Source: Lama glama (Eukaryota). Taken from it: DNA of 64,000 nt. Below, in pieces: positions 24,311 to 34,799 of the stretch. The stretch's first letter is position 1; each line of letters begins with the position of its first letter. Location of the stretch: assembly GCA_028534125.1 (NCBI GenBank), contig CM052816.1:1984001-2048000 (forward strand), written 5' to 3'. Both the position numbers and the translations under genes were made by a program. Under the pieces are notes generated by a model. That model ran no database searches, was not told the DNA's origin, and worked only from the letters and a program-made list of their open reading frames with translations.

Positions 24311-26759
24311 TCAAGCTGACGAATCTCATATAGCTTAGAAATTACAACCTGCATAATGAGCTTACCCAGGTCTAGAAGTCATCAGAAACTTGACCTTTTC
24401 CTGGACAAATAGGGAACACGAGGAAACCACAAAAAGCACCTTTTATCATTTCTCCATTTCGCCTCTTCCAACTTACACACTTTTGGTGTCTAATACTTTG
24501 CCAATGTCTTTTGTCCCCCGCCAGAAATTTTCATGACCATTTTATACAGCTGCTGCTTGTTTTACTTAATCACATTCTCTACTTTGTTCCACCAGTTTTC
24601 TTGCATCTCAGTTCTTTTCCCCACCGTCATTCTCTTCCTGCCCGAAGCATGTGAATGGAGTTCCTGTAGTCAGAGTCTGCCGGTGACAATTTCAGGTTTA
24701 GTCTGTTTTTCACTGGGTGTGAAATTCTATTTCTTTTTGATATGTTGAAGATACCAGTCCATTGTCTTTTAAAAAAAATTGAAGTTTTAGTTGAAGTATT
24801 GACTTAGACTGTATCATATTAGTTTCCAGGGTACGCCTGTATGGTCAGGCCACTCCAGATGGCTGTCCCCTTGCTCATTGTACGTCCCCTGCTGGACCAG
24901 TCCCTGCTTCACCTAAACCCTACTCATGTGACTGTGTTTGCCCCCTGCCCCACCTAGTGATGGTTCTAATCCTTAAGCCAGAACGGCTCCACCTGCTGAT
25001 TTATTAAAGGGAAACGCCCACCCTCGTGATCGTTAGCCTGAGGGGCTGTAGGGGACGTGCCCTCGCTGCTGGCTTCCCTGGTAACTGATGAGCCAACCTG
25101 AGGTCAGTTCCCTCTGTAAATGGCAGCCTCCTGCGCAGCGAATGTTGCTGCGGTGTCCAGTCTGCTGTCTCCCGTTTGCAAGAGGGTGTCTCTGCAGGAC
25201 CTTTTTTCTTCAAACGTGTAAGATCCCCCGTCTGTTTCTGCTTCCTTTTGGTTCTTTTGGATCTCGTGATGGAGTCAAGCTTCTTTCTGCCCCTGCTAAC
25301 CTTTCGTTCTCACCTTCTTTGCCCTTGTGAAGTTCTTGATAGGGATAACCCTATCTGTTAGCCTGGCACGGGTGCCCCTACCCCCCGAGAAGCTTGGGTT
25401 CGCGCTGTCAGGTACTGGCTGCACTCACTACCACTTGGGTATCGCCTTAAGCCATTTGCATAGTTTTGAAATTCCTTAACCAACTAGGGTGATGAGGACC
25501 TAGGTGTAAATCCTCCTGAGGCCCAGTCTGGGCCCCCAAGTCCCCTGGCTTTTGGGAAAGAGGGATGCGTTTCCACTAATTTTGCCCTGATGTTGAAAAT
25601 GTAGCTTTTTGAAACCCAAGCTTAAAGGGAGCTAAAAATGTGCACCTTGCATAGACTTGGCGCCCTGACCTTTGAGGACTCTCCCCTACCCCGCCCGCAT
25701 GCAGTCCCCGGGCAGGAGCCCAGGTGAAAAATAACTGAGAATGCCAGCAGGTGTAAGTGCTTCCAGCACTTTGATTTATCTCTCTGATGACGCGTCTTTC
25801 TCCAGAAACTGGCCTGGGAAGTCCTCACTGTGGTTTGAGCTTCTCAGTCCTTTTCAGGAGCTGCTGAGAATATTTAAACCAGTGTGTTGTGGAGGGAGGG
25901 ATCCGGAGGACACAGCTGCTGTGACTGGAAGCTGGAAGCTCCGTGGGATTGTTTCTGGTCTCTCACGTCCTTAAATGTGTTCATGTTGGCATCGCATCCC
26001 CAGGACATAGTGGAACTTGGGTGTGTAAATGCTTTCCAAGTGCGAAGCACACGGCACGGACCAGCACGAGGGAAAACGGACTTGGCTTAAGCTTCTTACC
26101 TAATTCCAGTAGTTTTGAGACTATGGTTCCTGTCTTTATTAGACAAACTGCCTGCACGTCTCCAGGCTGTATGATTTCCACACGTCTTAATACAGGAGGC
26201 TGAGCTTACACAGTCTTTTTAAGTGTTAATGGATTTACTGGAAAGGAAGTGGATTCATCCGAACAAATTGAATAGAAACCTTCAAAGGCACACAGTTAAA
26301 GAATCAACAATTGCCTTTATTTGTAAGGAATACAGGCTATCTCTTAGATTTTTAAAATATCACTTTTCTCATAGACGCTCTTATGCAAAGTTAATGAAGT
26401 AGAATGTTTTCATGAAAACATTTACAAATAACTATGCTATTAAAGTTAAGACTACAGTGAAGACTAAAATATTATTAACCCAAAATATAGAACATTCTGT
26501 TCTGAAGGGAGATGTGTACTCTTGTTGGCCGGAGCTGACCATGCTGTGAAGTTTAAAATCTTTGTGAATGATTGCAAGTGTCAGCTCTCCTGCTGACGTG
26601 GCCACAGATTCCAGAATCCAGTCTTTATTCTGTTTTATGGTATATGCTTTTTTGAAGAGTGCAGGCCTTCAAACAGGAAAATACTTTCTTTTCCTCATAC
26701 AACACCATGTTCATGTCATTCAATTTTAGAGTATAAATAGTTGACTTTAAAGAATGAAG

Positions 26760-26889
26760 GGTGGGGGGAGGGTATAGCTCAAGTGGTAGATCGAAGGCTT
26801 AGCATGCACAAGGTCCTGGGTTCAATCCCCAGTACCTCCTCGAAAAAGAAAGAAACCTAATTACTCCCTGCCAAAAAAAAAAAAAAAAA
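26760..26889 (+). mobile_element. tRNA-Ala-derived SINE (Vic-1-like) with TSD
   Basis: A-box tagctcaagtgg, AGC anticodon-like cttagcat, B-box ggttcaatcc, poly-A. TSD AAAGAATGAAG at 26749-26759 and 26890-26900, following a TTT/AAAG L1-endonuclease-type site. Confidence 0.92.
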
Positions 26890-26940
26890 AAAGAATGAAG
26901 AGCAAAGTAAAGCAAGATAAGAATAATGGTCTTAAAAAAA

Positions 26941-27064
26941 TTTTTTTTTGTTTTTTTGGGAGGAGGTAATTAGGCGTATGTATTTTTAGGGGAGGTACTG
27001 GGGATTGAACCCAGGACCTTGTGCATGCTAAGCACGCACTCTACCACTGAGCTACACCCTCCCC
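26941..27064 (-). mobile_element. tRNA-Ala-derived SINE (Vic-1-like) with TSD
   Basis: Reverse-complement copy. TSD AATAATG(G/A)TCTTAAA at 26922-26936 and 27068-27082. Confidence 0.92.
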
Positions 27065-27494
27065 AAAAATAATGATCTTAAAGTACATGTCATAGAAAAG
27101 TTAATTCTCCTCCCAGTGGTTTCCGACAGCGATGATGAAGTTGGAATAGGGCCCTGAGTGAATGCCGGGGTGGAGGGCCTTTTCCAGGGCCCAGTGCAGT
27201 GGTGTTCAGCAGCAAGGCCTTCTTTCCTTGTGCAAGAAGTCAGACAGCTCTGCCCTTCCTGACTCGACGGCCTTTAGAGGACCCACAAGTTCCAGGAGCT
27301 TGAGGTTCTGAATGACCGTTGAGGAGCAGCTGACTCAAGTCATCTTGGGCGATTCCTCCACATTGGTTTTGCACATTTACTCAGATGTGGAAATCTCAAA
27401 GGGGAAGGCACACCTCTCTTTTCAGAGTCACCAGGGCGGAGTAGTGGCGGGAGCAGGGTGGCCTGGGGCTGGGGGCTGCGATTGAATGTTGACT

Positions 27495-27680
27495 TTACCA
27501 CTTCCTACCTCCTGACGTAGACAGACTCCCTCTCCTCTCTGGGCCTCAGTTCCCGCCCTTGTTAGAAGAGGATAATGACTGTTTCCACCTCATGGACTTG
27601 CTGTGAGGAATAAATGAGATCATGAGTGGAAAGAATTCAGTCACTGGCATATAAAAAGTGCTCAGTAAATGTTTGACAGT
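27495..27680 (+). mobile_element. MIR SINE
   Basis: ctctctgggcctcagtt...gataatga...cacctcatggacttgctgtgaggaataaatgagat...gtgctcagtaaatgtt is the MIR core and tail. Confidence 0.75.
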
Positions 27681-28625
27681 AATATTCAGACATGAGAAAT
27701 GTTTCGCACAGATTTGGTTAACTCACCTGGGGAGAGTAATATTCTTGAGAGAGAGTTTTGAATGTCGTTCAGAAATAATTAAATGCCTTCCTTGATTGAA
27801 ATAGAAAGGCAATTAAGACAATGAAGCATTTTTCTCTGTGTTATCTAGGACATATTTTTCTCATTTTCCTCTTGTAATGGGAAAATTTGAAACTCACACA
27901 GAATAGTGACAAATTACTCATCTTGAGGTTAATTGTTCGCCAACAGACACATTTCAAGCAGCGAGATTCCAGAGGTTTCAGACTCCAGCTCTGGGTAGCA
28001 TGATGTCTGGGACGCGGGCAGGCCTGGGCTTCTGGTGTGGCCCGCACAGGATGCGGGGAGAGTTCGTTAACCCTTCTGGGTCTTAGGCGTCCTGACTATA
28101 ATGAGGGGTAAAAGTACCAACCTGCAGTGACGGCATTGGCAGTTGTACAGGTGACAGGCTCCCAAGTGTTACTACATTGTATCTGAGCAACAAGAGAAAG
28201 CTGACTTTGCAATGCGTTCCAGGGACCTATCGTAAGAGGCAGCAACCTATTCACATAAAATGAACCAATTAACCAAGCTCTGTTCATTGTACCCAAGCAA
28301 ACTGGCCCCCAGATGTGTACCTCTGGCTGTCTGGGATTGGGCACAAAGCATCCCGGATGTGTACCTAGGCATCGGGCAGTGGAATGGAGAGAGGGGACAG
28401 TATGTGACAATTACATCCATTAATTTCCCCAGGCACATGATTATCTTTTTGATGGTGTTTTAGTTATTTCATTAACATGTATTGGGAAGGCTTTGTGGCA
28501 GATAAATAACTCACAGTCCCTGTCTTCAAAGGGATGAAGGGAAGAAGGGGAAATCTAATATCTGTAAAAAGTCATCTATGTGGTTGAGTGTGATATCTCT
28601 TGGTTCAAAACTGTGGGAGCGTCCA

Positions 28626-29027
28626 TGGTTGAAATCGGGAACTGCCCCACATACAGGGAGGGCAAGGAGACACGGAAGAGGCAGCCAGCTCCAAGCCGGT
28701 AGATGGCAGGTTTGATAAGCAAGAGAACTTGTTATATATGAGGCTTGTCTTGAGTGGTTGCAAGATGAGTAGGTCTCTGCACCTGCCCGCCAGAATCTTG
28801 AAAGTTTAGGTAGAAACTTTAATTAGATTCAGTCACATATGTCATCCAGATGGTCTCAACAACACATTGCTTTCTCAAGGCTGCATCCTTGAAAACAGTT
28901 CCCACTGTGGGAACAGTGGGCAAACATACATTTCAAGGATGTGGACAGGGTTAGGATCCTCCAATTGTCCTGGTTCAACTCCAGGGTCAACAGGTGGTCG
29001 TGTCCTCTGGATGACCTCCTCCAACCA
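28626..29027 (-). mobile_element. Probable ERV solo LTR
   Basis: About 400-bp block with approximate TG...CA ends and LTR-like composition. Family not identified. Confidence 0.45.
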
Positions 29028-29170
29028 TGTCAGAGCAGGCTAATGCCATCACAACCCTAAATCTCCATGACTTAGGGAAGTTTATTTCTTGCTTGTATTA
29101 AAGTGTATTTCCTCCTGCAGTCATTTAGGGACCCAGATTCCTTCCAGCTTTTGATTCTGACATCCTAAAG

Positions 29171-29385
29171 CAGGGGTCAGCCAACTGCGGCTCGTGGGTC
29201 TTATTTGGATAATGTTTTTTGTAAACTTTCTGTAAATAAAGTTTTATTGGCACACAGCCACATCTATTCATTATGGATAACCTGCGCTTAGTACCTGCTC
29301 TCACACTGCAATGGCAGAGTGTATAGCCCATGAGCCCTAACATTGACTGTCCACACATTTACAGTGTATGGCCCCATGAGCCCTG
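29171..29385 (+). mobile_element. MER58-like hAT-Charlie MITE
   Basis: caggggtcagccaact...gtaaataaagttttattggcacacagccac...ccctg, with approximate 8-bp flanks tcctaaag/ccttagag. Confidence 0.75.
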
Positions 29386-30536
29386 CCTTAGAGCGTTGGA
29401 ATCTTGTCTTGGATTCTCTGATTCAGCCCATGGAGAGGGGAAGGAGAAGAATGGAAGACTCTGTGGGAGGTTGTTATGAACTATGCTTGGAAATGGCTTC
29501 CATCAAATCTACCTACATTTTGTTGGCCAGAGCTCAGTCATACAGGGAGGTGGAGAAACAGTCTGCTGCTGGTCCAGGAGGAAAACACAAGGTAGTTCTC
29601 CGCTGACTGGTACTGTGCTAGACTCTTCCATTTGCTGTATCCTCTTTGTTCCTTAAAACAACTGTGTAATAAGTACAGGACTACTTTGCAGATGAGGTGC
29701 CTGAGGTTCAGAGAGGTTGAGCAACTAGCCTCAAGGTTGCCCAGCATCAGAATAGTGGGAGTGGGAACTTGATAGTCAAGATATCTTGCTCTGAAGCTTG
29801 CACTAGTTCTGAAATTTTTGTTAAATTGTGGTAAAATATACATAACATGTACCATTTCAGCCATTCTTAAGTGCAGAGTTCAGTGGGATATAAAATAAAC
29901 TTTTGAGAGTGGGAAGTCTCTTAGCTTTTGATAAGAATTTACAAGCTCAGGACTTTCATTTTAATGATAATGTTAAAAAGTTAAGCAGAGTCAGACTTAC
30001 ATGGGTAATTACCTTAAAACCCAGTACTGACACAAAATTTTCAACCTCACATTTTAGTTTGTGTTTATTGGTGCCAATAGTGATTTTTAACTGTCATAGG
30101 TAAAAAAGGGCTAGAGGTGGATTTGATACTGAAATGACTCCTTTAAGCTTTTCCTACACCCACATGCATTAAGAAATACTTTGAGGTGGTTCAAAAAAAG
30201 AGAAAGTGGCAGAAGAATTGAGACATTATACAGGATATAATTATATAGACTTGCCAACCCCCAAAGAACCTATTTTATTGAACTCAGAACCATGTTGACA
30301 TTTGAGTGGTAATTTAGTTTCCGCAAAACAATGTTCTCCAGCATTTTATTATTGTTCATTTAGAAATCTTTGCTTTTGTGGTGTTTTCCTTTTTCATTAT
30401 TTTTGTAATTTGTGTCACATGCATAAAGAATGTATCCATGACTTTATGCTTGTACATATTTAAGTAAGATAGGAAAATTAATTTAAATAAAAATGAGGGC
30501 TCTGAGAGAACATTTTCTTTTTAAAAGGAATGTGTA

Positions 30537-30719
30537 CAGTCGTCCCTTAGTATCCTGGGGGGATGGGTTCCAGGACTTCACAGATACCAAAATCTGTAGG
30601 TGCTCAGATTCCTTATATAAAGTGGTGTGGTCCAGAAGGCCCTCCCTACCCACAGTTCCTGCATCCAGTGGATTTGACCAACTAAGGGTCCAGAACCTGT
30701 GGATATGGAGGACAGATTG
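30537..30719 (+). mobile_element. MER2-like TcMar-Tigger MITE
   Basis: Terminal inverted repeats cagtcgtcccttagtatcc...ggatatggaggacagattg, a preceding TA, and internal ggttccaggac...ataccaaaatc. Confidence 0.8.
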
Positions 30720-30787
30720 CATGTTGACTCAGGTTTACAAGAGGCTCCCCTACAGAGATAACTTTCTTTTACGAAAGACTTGTCCTT

Positions 30788-30954
30788 TTTTTAAAAAAAA
30801 TTTTTAAATTTTTACTTCTTTTGATGGGGCCAGGGAGGAGGGGAGGTAATTAGGTCTATTTATTTATTTATTTTAGAGGAGGTCCTGGGGATTGAACCCA
30901 GGACCTTGTGCATGCTAAGCACGTGCTCTGCCGCTGAGCTATACCCTCTGCCTC
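30788..30954 (-). mobile_element. tRNA-Ala-derived SINE (Vic-1-like) with TSD
   Basis: ggggattgaacccaggaccttgtgcatgctaagc...tgagctataccc. TSD AAGACTTG(T/C)CCTT at 30775-30787 and 30955-30967. Confidence 0.9.
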
Positions 30955-33900
30955 AAGACTTGCCCTTGAATTAGGAAACTGTACCAGTCAGAACAGACTA
31001 AATTGAGCTGCAATAACAAGCAATCCCGAAATCCCCAGTGGCTTAAACCACTTGCTCACATTAAATCCGTTGGGCATTGGCCAAGAACCCAGCTCATCGT
31101 GATCATGACAGCAACACCCAGAGGGGTGGACCTACCCTCGGTAATCAGTCTGGTTGAGTGGAACGACTACTCTGGGTTTTCTCACCTCTAAGTAAATGCT
31201 CTGGGCTCAAGTAGGTAGATGACCACACCTAGCAAACTTCCAGGAGAAGACTATAATTTGGGTGGGGGGTGGGGGGTGTCCAGAGGAGAGAGAAACCAGG
31301 AATCAGCTGGTAGCAATAATGTGTGCCACAGAAAGCATCCTTCATCTTTCTGTAAAGAAGTGCCCTGTGGCCCGGTTTCAACATTTTCAATTCCCTGGTA
31401 AAGTTGCAAACAGCTTAATTTCATGGGCAGCTGTGGCTCTTTGGGTTACAGCCAAACCCTGCTGCTTACTAGCCAAGGGGCAAGGGCGAATCTTAACTTC
31501 AGCCCTGCTTTGTGAAATGAGGGAGAAGTGTCACTTGCGTGGTTCGTTGAGTCAATGCAATAACTCATGTGAAACCTCCTTGTCAGTTGTAAATTATTCC
31601 CCAGATGAAGGTATTAGTGTGGTTTCCGGCCATCAGTCATGCCACACTGTGGATAAAGAACAGACAGTAATGATTTCACCCTCCAGCACTTGTCCTACGG
31701 TCAATATTTTGTCACAAAAATTTCCTGGAACTTCACAAGAAATTTCCTGAGATGATGTGATAATGAAACCTAAAGAGAAGAGCTATGCAATAAGAAAGCA
31801 AAATTGTCCTCTTGGCTAGAAAATGACAAAGCGTTTTACGTGGGCCACAATAATTCTCACATTAACACAATTTGAGATCAAAGGAAGGAAGCATGAACTT
31901 GCTTCAGAAGCAGTAGCTTTAAGTTGGGGATCATATGGAAAAAAAATTACAAACGTCTCACAAAATAGTGCTGAGGATAGAAACACAGCAAAATTCTTAC
32001 ACTGTAGCCTTAACCCCTGAAACCGAATCACTCCTGAACTCACTCAGGTATCCCAGAAGCCGAGCTTAGCAGAACTGGATTGCATCCGCAGATGATCTTG
32101 TCCAACACTCTTCTTTTCCAGAGCAAAGTAAGGTCTGGAAAAATTGACTGGTTTGCCCCAGATCATGTTCCTTAAACACGAGTTGATGAGTCAAACATTT
32201 GTATCCTTTCCTCAACCTGAAATTGCAGAAATGAACACAATGGAGGAAGAAACGTTTCTCTGTTCCCTCATACAATTGCTAATAAAATCTCTTCTAATCA
32301 GAGCTTATGAAATTCCCTTCACTGTGTACCTGCAAGCGGACAAAAACCCCATCGGAAATTCTTGTGAAGGTCCAGCAATGATTTTTGAGATTCCTTTTCT
32401 GCATGTCTAAAATTCAGTTGATTTCCCCATTTCAGAGTTTTCCAAATGATGTTTTGATCTACAGGAAATGTACGACTTGAGTAAGAAAACAAGATCCCAA
32501 TCTCTAGCTGAATAATTCCATTATCTGATCATTCTATTTAATTAGATGTCGAAGCCTACTTTTCACCATAGGAGGAGAATTTTCACATTGTCCACAAAAA
32601 GGAAGAGAAAGCTAAGTTCCTTCCTGGACTTATGAGTCAGGAGAGGCTCAGTTATGCTGCAGTACAAAATATCTGGGACTTAGAGTAACAAAAGATTATT
32701 TCCCATTCATATTCAATGTCCACTGTGGGATGGAGGGCTCCTCACTCCATATTACCTTTGCAAAGGTGGGCAGGCGGAGGGAAACTCCATCTGGGGGTGG
32801 AGTTGTCACAGCAGCTGTGACACAGGGAAGGGGCTTTGGTGAATTGCACACTGGCTCTTAAAACTTCTGCCTATAAATAACACATACTACTTCTGCTAAG
32901 TCCTCATTTGCCAAAGCAAATTACAAGGTCACATCTAAATGCAAAGAGATCAGAATGCTTCAATCTGACCATGCACCTGGGAGAAGGAAATCCATAATTT
33001 TGGTGAGCATCTCTAATAGCTCCCACACTAGGAATAAAAAGAAGAAAATAAATAGAACAGACCCCCCCAACCCCAACTATCAAAGTCAGTGTCTCACACC
33101 ATCGCTATGAGTCAAATCCCCAATCAGAGGTGATAAAATATCTGTCAGCTATACAATAAAATCTTGTAATGCATTAATTTGCTGCAGGGAAAATTTTCTG
33201 CATCCATTTCTTCATCTTCACACAAGAATGTTGCCAAGAATGGGAGGCAGGTACGAATGAACTAAACTAAATTGGGGCCGAGATGAAGTTTCTAGAAATG
33301 CATTGTGGGCCAGCTAAGTGGGGAGATGCAGTTATGCTTTTTGTGGATTTTATTAGACTCATTTCCTCAGAAGAAATCACTTCTTTATGACATGACTATA
33401 CCAGTCAATAGAGTCTTTTTAAAGTAATCTGATAGTAGGAAAGTTAGAGCCTGATCAGACCGAAAGTTCATATTTACTTGCTTCTAATTGCTAATAAGAG
33501 TAATTATTTAATGGATCACTCTGCAAAGTGACCCCGAACCTTTAAAACTTAGCCTTTTTGGGAAATGGCTGAAGGTCTGGAATATGTTTCAACAACCCTC
33601 ATGTGTTTCTTTTATTTGAGTGCAATCATTTGCTTAAATACATATTTTTAAACTTTTAGTGTATTACTGGCAACAAACTGTTTCAAGTGGGGAAAACTCA
33701 AACTAGCTCAGAACGTCCCGTAAATTAAAAAAGAGTTTTGTACTTTCCAGAATAATAAGGACTTTTATAGTCTTTCTTTAAATCCTTTTTGGTAAAAATC
33801 TACAAAGCAGGAGGAAAGGGTGAGAGTCAAAGTTTGCTGATTTACAGGTTAATTATATCTTTCCCCCCTGCCCCTTAAAATTTTATAACAGAGCAGGGTT

Positions 33901-34444
33901 CACATTAACACCCCAACCACAATAAACCAAACAATATTTTATTACATATTTTATGTTCAAGATGGAAATGAAGATATAATAGTGAGATAATTTTATACAG
34001 CGGTTCATGAATTCTCTTCGATTAGGGGTAAGTCAGTTTTGTGTTTTGTGATTTAGTTTTTTAAACTATCATTATTAATTATATTAATGGCAAACTTTTA
34101 TTGAGTATTGACTACAGTAAGAGGGGCTAGGTTAAGTACTCCATGTTTTTTCCCTCACTTGTTCCTCATAGAAGACTTACTTTTACAAAGAAAGAAATTG
34201 AGGATGAATGAGTGACTTGACCAAGGTCACCTAGCTAGTTAGCAGTGGAATCCTCTTTTGGGACAAATCATGGTAACATTTCAACCAAGGTATCTGATAA
34301 TTGCAGTGTTTCTCCAATCCAACTCTCTTGGAGAGGAAAGAATTTAAGTTGGCAATAGTTCCTTTATTCACAGATATATGAATGCCCACTCTGTGCCTGG
34401 CCTTGTCTTAAAGCCTGTGGATACAGAGCTGAATAAATTTGCAA

Positions 34445-34680
34445 GGCACAGAGGTTAAGAAAATGGGGGCTCTGGCGTCAGATCAACGTACTTTGAGTCG
34501 GGCTCTCCGGTGCCACCTTGGACAGGAACACCAGCCTCATCTGCAAACTGGGAAATTATACTGATGCTTCATGGAATTACTGGGAAAATTAAATGAGATA
34601 ATAAAAGTCAAGTGCTTAGAAGAGTGCATTGCATAAGATGCTCCAAAGTATTCCCTCAGTAAATACTAGCTTTTGTCATT
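34445..34680 (+). mobile_element. MIR SINE
   Basis: ggttaaga...ggctctggcgtcaga...cctcatctgcaaactggga...attaaatgagataat...agtgcttagaagagtg...ctcagtaaatactagct. Confidence 0.7.
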
Positions 34681-34799
34681 TTTGTTGCTTTAAGCAATAA
34701 TGAACACTGCCCGGGAGCTCCCTGATTAGAGAGGGGAGAGAGACATTTAAACACTATTTCCTGTCCAATGTGATATGAGCGCTAAGCAAGTCAGGAAAA

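Noticed and set aside
26760..27064. tRNA-Ala(AGC)-like sequences
   Set aside because: They carry a SINE tail, poly-A and TSDs, and occur as four diverged copies, so they are SINEs, not tRNA genes.
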